Both the position numbers and the translations under genes were made by a program. Below are positions 16,080-24,033 of a stretch of 64,000 nucleotides of DNA, in pieces. Every line of letters starts with the position of its first letter. Positions within the stretch are counted from its first letter, which is position 1. Below the pieces are notes generated by a model. It did no database searches, was not told the DNA's origin, and saw nothing but the letters and a program-made list of their open reading frames with translations. Source of the DNA: a virus; the IMG/VR virus record IMGVR_UViG_3300025933_000001, positions 23,722 to 87,721 of that record; one strand, 5' to 3'.

Positions 16080-16570
16080 CCCTAGCCTATGACGCTATGA
16101 TGTTTGCAAGACAAGTGCACAAAGACCAGAAGAGGAAATATACGAATAATCCTTACAGCGATCATCTTGCAGAAGTTGCAGGCATTGTATCCACTGTTCT
16201 TTCTTCCGAGAAAGCAATTGCTGTAGCTTGGCTACATGATTGTATGGAAGATCAAGGTGTATCATTTGATGATCTTTTCAGAATGTTCGGTATTGATGTT
16301 GCTAGAGGTGTGTTGGGGTTATCCGATATGGAGGAAGGTAATCGAGCACAACGCAAAGCAGCTTCAAGGGAACGTCTTGCCAAATCTGACAAATGGATTC
16401 AGACAATCAAGTGTGCCGATTTGATTAGTAACACTTCCAGTATTGTGCAGCATGACCCTAAATTTGCTAAAGTCTATCTGGAAGAGAAGGTATTGTTGCT
16501 AGATGTTTTGACAAAAGCAGATCAACGTCTTAGAAATATTGCTTACAGCCAAGTTTTACAATCTTTGTGA
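16076..16570 (+). CDS. HD-domain hydrolase, RelA/SpoT (Mesh1/small alarmone hydrolase)-like
   Basis: HxxQKRKY..PYxxH, LHDxxED and IKxADLISN motifs. Confidence 0.85.
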   Translation: MTLAYDAMMFARQVHKDQKRKYTNNPYSDHLAEVAGIVSTVLSSEKAIAVAWLHDCMEDQGVSFDDLFRMFGIDVARGVLGLSDMEEGNRAQRKAASRERLAKSDKWIQTIKCADLISNTSSIVQHDPKFAKVYLEEKVLLLDVLTKADQRLRNIAYSQVLQSL

Positions 16571-16594
16571 CAGTTGTCACAACGCTTGCAACAG

Positions 16595-16623
16595 TTGCAC
16601 TATACAAATAGTAGTTGTATAAT
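16595..16623 (+). promoter_or_regulatory. sigma70 promoter of the 699-aa gene
   Basis: TTGCAC-17-TATAAT, preceded by palindrome TTGTGACAGTTGTCACAA. Confidence 0.7.
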
Positions 16624-16716
16624 TAACACTGTTAGTTAACTTTGTGGAGGTAGGTATGTAACAATCTTAAGTGTATTAAATGTAGTAAAAATCTATTAAC
16701 AACTTAAATAAAGAAA

Positions 16717-18816
16717 ATGACTGTACGAAAAACAATTAATAAAGCAGCTTCTGCAGCAATTGCTGCATTTATTCTTGCTGGATGTATGCAAATTCCAGCA
16801 CAAGCAGCCAACTGTGATGATCCTGCAATCACCACTGTTAAAGCGGAAAACCTCACAGGAGCAGCACAAGTAAACCAGCCTATTACTTTCGGGCATGTAT
16901 TTGCCAAGGGCGATATTCCAGCCAACCACTTAGTAGAAGCAAAGCTTGCAGACAACAGTGTTATTCCTCTTCAAAATGATGTGAAAACACGTTACGAAGA
17001 TGGTAGTATTAAACACGTTATCTTGTCAGGCGTGATTCCGAGTATTGCTGCCGGTGAAGTTAAGACTCTTAGCCTCGGTATGTACAATGTCACTGAGCCT
17101 ACGTCCACCTCTAAAGTAGCTAGTTTCTCTGCAAAACATGCCCCTAAAGTTGTTATCACTTTGAATGGTGTGCAATACACTGCAGACCCTGCAGCGAAGC
17201 TCCAGTCTGGCAGCTACAAGCAATGGCTGAGCGGTAGTATTGTCAACGAGTACCTTGTCAATGTACCTCTTACAGATGCTAATGGTGTAGCACACCCTCA
17301 TCTGAATGTTCGTTATGCAATTCGAGCCAATAGCACTGTAGATGCAGGTCGTTTTGACATCACTGTCGAGAATAACTGGGCTTATGAACCTAATCCTTCC
17401 AACCTAACATACGATGTAGCAGTTTATTTAGATGGTCAGAAGGCTTATGAAAAACTTGGTGTGACGCACTACCACCATTCACGTTGGCATAAGGTGTTTA
17501 GCGTAGGTTTGGCAGATAAAGCAAACATCAAGTTTGACCTGCCGTACATGATTAAGACAGGCGCTATTCCTAACTATGATCGTAGTGTTGTTATTACACA
17601 AGCTAATATCGATAGTTGGAAGAGCCAATATGCAAAGGCAAACGTAGATATCATGGGGCTTGGTTTGGTTTTCCCATATATGCCTAACGTTGGTGGTCGC
17701 CCTGACATTGGAATCCTGCCCGGATGGACAGCAACCTACCTGCTAACTCAAGATAAAGACATGAAGGGTATGGTGTTGAACTCTGGAGATGAAGCTGGCA
17801 GTTTTTCTATGCATTATCGTGACAAGAATACGGATCGCCCGTTGCGCCTCATTGATTGGCCATGGGCCGGATGGGGTGGTAACCTTGGAGATTCCAAGAA
17901 TCCAGCCACAGGTAAGTACGAGCGATTTACAGATTGTGTGAATAGCTGTTCTTCACCTTATACGTTTGAAACTGCTCACGTACCGTCTCTATCCTTTGTT
18001 CCTTACATGATTACTGGAGACTATTACTATCTCGAAGAGATGGAATTCTACATGATGGCTTCTGCATATCATATGAATCCTTGGTATCGAGGTACACCTC
18101 CGAGTGATGGATTGTTTGTTAATAATCAAATCAGACAGCAAGCTTGGGAACTGCGCGGATATGCTGAAGGTGCTTTCCTGATCCCGGATAATGACACTCT
18201 TAAGAGTGAAGCTACTCGTATCCTTTCCAAGAATTTGGAATGGTATAACGCACAATACGCTAACAACCCTGCTGCTAACAAGCTTAGTATTTTCGTTCAT
18301 AGCTATGCGTTTAACGAAGAAGATAAGCGTATGTATAAAGATTGGCAAGGAGATTTCTTTACAGCAGCCATCGGACGTGCTGTCGAGCTTGGATTCACAG
18401 ACGCAGTGCCGATGCTGAAATGGAAAGCTAAAGGGCCGGTTGATCGTATGATTGCTCCCGGCTTCTGCTGGATCACTGCAACTCCTTACTACTTCCAAGT
18501 AAGGGATGGTGTAACAAGCGACTATCCAATTTATGACTCATGGGCTAAGGTGTATCAACAATCTCAACCTGATAATGTTCGTGCAACAACTTGTGGTAGT
18601 GCTGAGATGGCTGTTGCTCTTGGTATGCCAAAAGCAGGTATGATGATTGGTAACGATGCTACTAACAGTGGATACCCTGCAAATATGCAAGCTGCTCTTG
18701 CATATGCTGTTAATTCAGGTATTCCGGGAGCTACAGATGCTTGGAACAAGTTCATTTCACGTCCTGTGACAATGCCTTGGTCTTCAGGCCCACAATTCGC
18801 TATTGTTCCTCGCTAA
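16717..18816 (+). CDS. large exported protein or lipoprotein, possibly a polysaccharide lyase (PcRGLX/YetA-like architecture)
   Basis: Signal peptide with LAGC lipobox; QPITFGHVFAKGDIP beta-barrel-like start; aromatic-rich helical C-terminus. Confidence 0.6.
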   Translation: MTVRKTINKAASAAIAAFILAGCMQIPAQAANCDDPAITTVKAENLTGAAQVNQPITFGHVFAKGDIPANHLVEAKLADNSVIPLQNDVKTRYEDGSIKHVILSGVIPSIAAGEVKTLSLGMYNVTEPTSTSKVASFSAKHAPKVVITLNGVQYTADPAAKLQSGSYKQWLSGSIVNEYLVNVPLTDANGVAHPHLNVRYAIRANSTVDAGRFDITVENNWAYEPNPSNLTYDVAVYLDGQKAYEKLGVTHYHHSRWHKVFSVGLADKANIKFDLPYMIKTGAIPNYDRSVVITQANIDSWKSQYAKANVDIMGLGLVFPYMPNVGGRPDIGILPGWTATYLLTQDKDMKGMVLNSGDEAGSFSMHYRDKNTDRPLRLIDWPWAGWGGNLGDSKNPATGKYERFTDCVNSCSSPYTFETAHVPSLSFVPYMITGDYYYLEEMEFYMMASAYHMNPWYRGTPPSDGLFVNNQIRQQAWELRGYAEGAFLIPDNDTLKSEATRILSKNLEWYNAQYANNPAANKLSIFVHSYAFNEEDKRMYKDWQGDFFTAAIGRAVELGFTDAVPMLKWKAKGPVDRMIAPGFCWITATPYYFQVRDGVTSDYPIYDSWAKVYQQSQPDNVRATTCGSAEMAVALGMPKAGMMIGNDATNSGYPANMQAALAYAVNSGIPGATDAWNKFISRPVTMPWSSGPQFAIVPR

Positions 18817-18831
18817 TATGAGGTAATATAG

Positions 18832-18865
18832 AGCCACTACATTCTTACGGGTGTAGTGGCTTTTT
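18832..18865 (+). terminator. intrinsic terminator
   Basis: AGCCACTAC...GTAGTGGCT followed by a T tract. Confidence 0.8.
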
Positions 18866-18949
18866 GTTTATGTAGAGAAGAAATAGTTCTTGACGTAGTA
18901 GGTAGAAACTGTAATACTTAACGTAACAATTTTACTTAAAGGAGAAATC

Positions 18950-19297
18950 ATGACATTAGCTTTATTGGTATATCTGGCAGGTGTATTACATGGTGTACAG
19001 TTTGTTTTTGTTCTCTGTGGAATTGCTCTTGCTGTTATTTCACTCATGGGTGTATTTGACAACTGTAAGAAGAGTGCTGTCAAGTACGGTACTGCAGCAG
19101 CTATTGTATTTTTAATAGCAGCTCTCATCCCTTCGGAGAAGACAATGTATGTTATGGCTGGAGCATACGCGACACAACAGATTGCAGAAAATCCCAACGT
19201 ACAACGTATTGGTGGTAAGATCGTTACAGTGATCGATAAGAAGCTTGATGAGATTATTGATGAGGGTGTTAGCAAGGTTAAGGAGAGTACGAGATGA
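18950..19297 (+). CDS. membrane protein
   Basis: Hydrophobic helices, IPSEKTMY motif, AAGGAG RBS. Confidence 0.75.
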   Translation: MTLALLVYLAGVLHGVQFVFVLCGIALAVISLMGVFDNCKKSAVKYGTAAAIVFLIAALIPSEKTMYVMAGAYATQQIAENPNVQRIGGKIVTVIDKKLDEIIDEGVSKVKESTR

Positions 19298-19482
19298 TTG
19301 TAGCTCTCTTATGGACACTCCTTACAGTGAACGCTTCTTCTACATCTAACATCAATATTGTGGGACATTACGTTCAAGAGGCTGAGTGTAAGAAAATTCG
19401 CAATGTTGTTCTTAACATGAACTCATCTTTAAAAGCAGAGTGTGTATTAGCTGAAACAGTGGTTGTTAAATAGGAGATTGAA

Positions 19483-19674
19483 ATGACTCTCAAAGAAGCC
19501 CTACGTAAAGCTGACGAAGCCGAGAAGGAAATGTATTGTGGACAATGGCCTCAAGCTGTAATAACATTAGCTAAAGAAGTAAAGAAGATACAGAGGAAAT
19601 TGAATAAGCAGGATGTTCTTTTATATGTATGCAGCCAGTGTGGCCTGACAATTAAGGAGAAGAGTGATGAGTAA
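19483..19674 (+). CDS. hypothetical protein
   Basis: AGGAG RBS. Confidence 0.55.
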   Translation: MTLKEALRKADEAEKEMYCGQWPQAVITLAKEVKKIQRKLNKQDVLLYVCSQCGLTIKEKSDE

Positions 19675-20047
19675 ATTCAAAGTTAGTGATTGGGTTATTT
19701 GCATGAATAACGGTTTTTGCGATTTAATGGACAGGCAATTGTATGAAGTTGAAGACGTTGATATTGATGGGTATGTGAAGCTTATTGGGACAGGTAGCTA
19801 CTATTTCCCAGAAAGATTTGAGTTATATTCTACTAAGATTCAACCTCCAAGTAGGCCAGCACCACCTATGCCACAAGTGAATCCACCTAAAGCAGAAGAG
19901 ATTGAGATACCAATTCGTAAGACACCTGAGAAACAACTTCTAGAGATTAAGTACGCAGGCATGACTGTTACGCTTGATCCTGCTAAGCTAGAATCTAAAA
20001 AGTTTGCTACTAATATTATTGACGCTATTTACGAACAGGGCGAGTAG
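19664..20047 (+). CDS. hypothetical protein with FKVxDxVxC...RFEL domain
   Basis: ORF track; domain repeated elsewhere in the window. Confidence 0.65.
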   Translation: MMSKFKVSDWVICMNNGFCDLMDRQLYEVEDVDIDGYVKLIGTGSYYFPERFELYSTKIQPPSRPAPPMPQVNPPKAEEIEIPIRKTPEKQLLEIKYAGMTVTLDPAKLESKKFATNIIDAIYEQGE

Positions 20048-20048
20048 T

Positions 20049-20282
20049 ATGAAAATAACTTCCTTTAGGAACGGACTAACAGTACGTGAGCTAAAAGAGC
20101 TTATCAAGGATTGGCCTGAAGAAGATGTATATGGCAACCCTTGTGAGGTGTGGATGGCAACAGGTAAGGGTCTTTCTTGCATGGTTGTTGAAGTGACACC
20201 ATTGAATTATAGAAAGATAGATGGTTTTGTATGGTCGGACATATTGTTTTGTGTAGACGATAGTATTTGGGAGAGTAAATAA
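20049..20282 (+). CDS. hypothetical protein
   Basis: GLTVRELKELIKDWPE; start at MKIT. Confidence 0.6.
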   Translation: MKITSFRNGLTVRELKELIKDWPEEDVYGNPCEVWMATGKGLSCMVVEVTPLNYRKIDGFVWSDILFCVDDSIWESK

Positions 20283-20456
20283 TGTACGTGTTTCAATTGT
20301 GTGATCAATTAAAAGAATCGTTTGAATTGGTACAAGAAGCTTTGTCCAGAATGCAGGAAAGAGGGGAGATTACAGGGTTTGTTCCTAATGATGAATATGC
20401 TTTCGTAGAGCTTACAGGGAAAACTAGGGCTGTTATGATTTTGAATGGAGATGGAC

Positions 20457-20657
20457 ATGATTGAACAGAAAACTGTCACCATTTCAGTAGACGAATATCG
20501 TGAATTGTTAGAAGATCGGGAAAAGTTAATTATTCTTTATATAATCGGAGCAGATTATTGGAATAAATATAATCTTGCAATGGACGGACTTGATAAACAT
20601 ATGGAGCAGATTTGCGGAGAGGGCGATGGATCAGCAAAAGACAATCACTATCACTGA
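20457..20657 (+). CDS. hypothetical protein, paralog of the next gene
   Basis: QKTVTISVDEY. Confidence 0.6.
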   Translation: MIEQKTVTISVDEYRELLEDREKLIILYIIGADYWNKYNLAMDGLDKHMEQICGEGDGSAKDNHYH

Positions 20658-20799
20658 AGATGAGTATTACGATCTAATGCAAGATTGGGTAATTCTTAAT
20701 GCTCTACGTAATGCTGGAGTGGATAATTGGGAACATTACGATACAGCTATGGAAAATGCTTGTAAGGAGTTGGAAAGGATTGAAGATGACAACGTTTAA
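20626..20799 (+). CDS. conserved phage protein (AGVDNW family)
   Basis: QKTITITEDEY...LNALRNAGVDNWEHY. Confidence 0.65.
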   Translation: MDQQKTITITEDEYYDLMQDWVILNALRNAGVDNWEHYDTAMENACKELERIEDDNV

Positions 20800-21121
20800 G
20801 AAGGGTGACAAGGTTGTTTGTGTTGATGCAGAGAATTCTTCTTTGTTATTGAAGAATGGAAATGTTTACACTGTGAAAGCTTTCGTAAGTAAAGAGATTT
20901 CAGTTAGTGGCGATGACGAAGTTATCCTTGAAGAGTTCGATAATATAGTGAGCGGGGGAGGATTTTTTACTACACGTTTTAAGCTGGCAGAAGAACAACC
21001 ATCTAACAACTTCAAAATCACTGTAGAGAAAGCTGGAGATGTTGTACGTATTGAAGTAGAAGGTAAGGTGACAAAAGAGCAGATGAGTCATGTGTTGTCT
21101 TTGGTGGAGGTGTTGGGATGA
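20786..21121 (+). CDS. hypothetical protein with FKKGDKVVCVD domain
   Basis: Domain repeated elsewhere in the window. Confidence 0.65.
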   Translation: MTTFKKGDKVVCVDAENSSLLLKNGNVYTVKAFVSKEISVSGDDEVILEEFDNIVSGGGFFTTRFKLAEEQPSNNFKITVEKAGDVVRIEVEGKVTKEQMSHVLSLVEVLG

Positions 21122-21339
21122 GCAAGATTAATATTGTTCATCTGTATGATGACAACGATTGCGAGCAGTGTGGAGGAAGCTATGCTGAAGGGTTTGAAGT
21201 GACAATTGATGGAGAGTCTTTTGGTAATTACATGCCTAAAGCTAGCTGTTGTGACAGCCGATCTTACGGTTTTGAAATTCTGTTAGAGCATTTGCTTAAG
21301 CATTTTGGACATGATGTTGAAATGGAGACAATGGTATGA
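21118..21339 (+). CDS. hypothetical protein
   Basis: ATGA overlap; CxxC motif. Confidence 0.6.
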   Translation: MSKINIVHLYDDNDCEQCGGSYAEGFEVTIDGESFGNYMPKASCCDSRSYGFEILLEHLLKHFGHDVEMETMV

Positions 21340-21420
21340 TGGTTAAAGTGGAAGGTAAGTGAAAACCATTTGAATATTTTATACACGTGGAGTATAATAA
21401 CATCTTTATGGAGGTTAATT

Positions 21421-22071
21421 ATGTTAGTTAACGGTAAAGATGTTACGGAAAAGAAGTGTACAAAATGTGGTGAAGTTAAAAGTATTGATAATTTTAGTCC
21501 TACTAAGAGGTTTGAAGATGGGAGTATCAAATATGTCAGCAGTTGGTGTAATTGGTGTAAAAACGAGACCCAGTTACATAAAAAGGGAGGAAGAGTAAAA
21601 CCAATCCCTGTGGTTACAGATGAGGGGAAAGAATGTTTAGAGTGTCATGTTATAAAATCTTTTGACAATTTTTCTCCTGCAGCAAGAGGTAGGATGGGTG
21701 TTTCTGCTTATTGTAAACCTTGTATGAGTAGTAAGGCACAACGTAAACCTGAGTACAAGGAGAAGAACAGAGAGAGTATGCGAAGTTACCGCAAACGCCA
21801 TCAAGCACGTTGGAGAGCTAAACATCGACTACATCAATTCAAACGTAGGCAGAAAATTGAAGCGACAGACGACGGAACGGTAGACGATGTTGTTCTTGAT
21901 ATTATTTACCGTCTTGTGTACTGTTACTGGTGTCAGAAAGAGACTATTCCTGAGGAAAGAACATTGGAGCATATTAAAGAGCTATCCGAAGGCGGAGAAC
22001 ACACTTTAGATAACGTTGCCATGGCTTGCAGGTCATGCAATTCAGCAAGGAAAGGAAGAACAAAGAAATGA
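21421..22071 (+). CDS. HNH homing endonuclease with zinc-finger repeats
   Basis: Multiple CxxC; TLEHIKELSEGGEHTLDNVAMACRSCN; own promoter TTGAAT-17-TATAAT at 21370. Confidence 0.85.
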   Translation: MLVNGKDVTEKKCTKCGEVKSIDNFSPTKRFEDGSIKYVSSWCNWCKNETQLHKKGGRVKPIPVVTDEGKECLECHVIKSFDNFSPAARGRMGVSAYCKPCMSSKAQRKPEYKEKNRESMRSYRKRHQARWRAKHRLHQFKRRQKIEATDDGTVDDVVLDIIYRLVYCYWCQKETIPEERTLEHIKELSEGGEHTLDNVAMACRSCNSARKGRTKK

Positions 22072-23036
22072 AAGAAATTATTGGCAAGGCAGGCATCTCA
22101 GCTAAGGTAATTTGTGACAGCATTAGCGAAGCAGGGGTACGGCTGATAACCTATGAGATTACCTATCCACGACTGGTACTGAGTGAGGTCAACACCCATA
22201 GGATGCTATCTAAGAACTCTGCGAGTAGCCGTGCTATTCCGTTTGCTAAGATGAAGGAACAGCTTACGGGGAAGCCTGTACGGTTTGGGCAAGCTAATCC
22301 GGGTATGCAAGATAAAGGGGAAGATTATGATGGCGTTGTAGCACACCCACGAGATAAGACAATTTTAATGACTCCTCAAGAAGCTTGGGAGAAAGCTAAA
22401 GAAGATGCTGTAGGTTGGTCTGAGGCTTATTACAATGCTGGATTTCACAAACAAGTTTTTAATAGATTAAGTGAAACATTCCAGATGATGAAAACTGTAC
22501 TGACAGGCACAGAGCTTGAGAATTACTTCTGGCTTAGAAATCACGATGCTGCTGATCCGTCAATTTCAGAACTCGCTCGTTGCATGTGGGAAGCTAGAGA
22601 AGATAGTAAGCCTAGGTTGTTGAAAGCTGGTGAGTGGCATTTGCCTTATATCACCACTTATCGACATAATGATGAGATTGTCTACTACATTCTTGACGAA
22701 AAGAACCACAAAGTAGAATTATTTTTAGAAGACGCCATCAAAGTAAGTTGTGCTCGATCTGCCGCAGTTTCCTTCAGGAACACAGATTACGGTGTAGAGA
22801 AATCTCGTGAAGTGTTTGAAAGATTAGTAGGGGATGATCGTAAGCATGGTTCTGCCACAGAACACGTAGCAACGCCCTTAGCGTCAGAATTTGATGGAGA
22901 GTTCCCTTATGGGGCAACACATAAAGACAGGAATGGAGACTTCTGGTCCGGGAATTTCATGGGTTGGTTGCAATACAGGCAGACTATAAAAGGACACAAC
23001 TATGCAAGAAAAGTCATCGATGTTGGATCAGCTTAA
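22068..23036 (+). CDS. thyX: flavin-dependent thymidylate synthase
   Basis: EVNTHRMLSKNSASSRAIP motif and phage-type ThyX C-terminus (HGSATEH...SGNF). Confidence 0.88.
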   Translation: MKEIIGKAGISAKVICDSISEAGVRLITYEITYPRLVLSEVNTHRMLSKNSASSRAIPFAKMKEQLTGKPVRFGQANPGMQDKGEDYDGVVAHPRDKTILMTPQEAWEKAKEDAVGWSEAYYNAGFHKQVFNRLSETFQMMKTVLTGTELENYFWLRNHDAADPSISELARCMWEAREDSKPRLLKAGEWHLPYITTYRHNDEIVYYILDEKNHKVELFLEDAIKVSCARSAAVSFRNTDYGVEKSREVFERLVGDDRKHGSATEHVATPLASEFDGEFPYGATHKDRNGDFWSGNFMGWLQYRQTIKGHNYARKVIDVGSA

Positions 23037-23094
23037 AGAGACATTCTACTATGATGAGACAAGTCCAAGCGGGTTAAGGTGGAAAGACGATTGA
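23002..23094 (+). pseudogene. truncated HNH endonuclease remnant
   Basis: MQEKSSMLDQLKETFYYDETSPSGLRWKDD*; FYYDETSPSGLRW is a typical phage HNH N-terminus. Confidence 0.6.
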
Positions 23095-23104
23095 TGCAGA
23101 GGGT

Positions 23105-23305
23105 ATGAAGTATGCGGAGATGTACCTAGCAAAATATGATGGTGCTATAGGTACTGCAATTCGTCGTAAATTAGATGGTAAAGATGAGGTGTTGTGGTTC
23201 ACTGGAGAGGGAAGTATTACGTCTATGAGTATTCAATATTTCTCTGCATACTACACAATTATTCGTCCCTACCAGCCCGGTGAACAACTGATTATTACAA
23301 GATAA
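23105..23305 (+). CDS. hypothetical protein
   Basis: GAGGG RBS. Confidence 0.55.
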   Translation: MKYAEMYLAKYDGAIGTAIRRKLDGKDEVLWFTGEGSITSMSIQYFSAYYTIIRPYQPGEQLIITR

Positions 23306-23315
23306 GGAGCTTAAC

Positions 23316-23498
23316 GTGAATGTTAAAAGGTACGATACAGATGATTCACTACATGGAGCATTTATGACTGAACGTATTGACGGAGATTATGTTTCTTACA
23401 ATGACTATCTCGATTTGCATGATGAGCTTATTGATACACAACTGGAGCTAAGACGGTTGAGAGAAGTTATCAAGAATGTTTATCTTGAGTATTGTTAA
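23316..23498 (+). CDS. hypothetical protein
   Basis: VKRY...GDYVSYNDY motif; AAGGAG RBS. Confidence 0.6.
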   Translation: MNVKRYDTDDSLHGAFMTERIDGDYVSYNDYLDLHDELIDTQLELRRLREVIKNVYLEYC

Positions 23499-23501
23499 GA
23501 T

Positions 23502-23732
23502 ATGAAAACATACCAAGAAATACTTGATGAAGTATTCTTGCAAATGCAACAATGTCGTACAACACCGACAAGATTGTACGTGAGCGAGGATATTGAAAAT
23601 ATTATCACGGACTATGCAAGAAAGCACTGTATATATCCATCATACTTAGCAGAATATTGTGTGGTTCAGAAGGTGTACGGATTAACTATGTATGTAGTTA
23701 AAGATGAAACTAATCATGTAAAGGTTTGCTAA
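23502..23732 (+). CDS. hypothetical protein
   Basis: Operon context. Confidence 0.55.
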   Translation: MKTYQEILDEVFLQMQQCRTTPTRLYVSEDIENIITDYARKHCIYPSYLAEYCVVQKVYGLTMYVVKDETNHVKVC

Positions 23733-23733
23733 C

Positions 23734-23973
23734 ATGGAACAACTAAAAGGATTATATTTCTTCTTGATGTCTGAGGGAGAATATTCAGATTATGGTGTTA
23801 ATGCTTTGTACGTATCTGATAAACCAATCACAGAGGAAGATTGGCATAACTTCTGCACAGCAGAGTCTGAGTTTAGAGAGAAGGTAGGAAAGCAGACTGT
23901 TACGGCAGCCTACTCTCCTTATGTACCGAGAATGGCAAAAGAAACGAGGTTCTTACGAAGAAATGTTTGCTAA
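23734..23973 (+). CDS. hypothetical protein (GEYSDY family), possibly frameshifted
   Basis: SEGEYSDYGV motif; a plausible C-terminus continues in the +1 frame to 24025. Confidence 0.5.
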   Translation: MEQLKGLYFFLMSEGEYSDYGVNALYVSDKPITEEDWHNFCTAESEFREKVGKQTVTAAYSPYVPRMAKETRFLRRNVC

Positions 23974-24033
23974 GGCTTACAATTTGACGAAAGTGGATTA
24001 TCAAGAGTTGTGGTTTAATTATTGAGGAGAGTA

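Noticed and set aside
17989-18498. Antisense ORFs in the track (e.g. 799..1263, 17989..18498, 35739..36197, 59575..60087)
   Set aside because: Shadows of well-supported genes on the opposite strand, with no RBS or motifs
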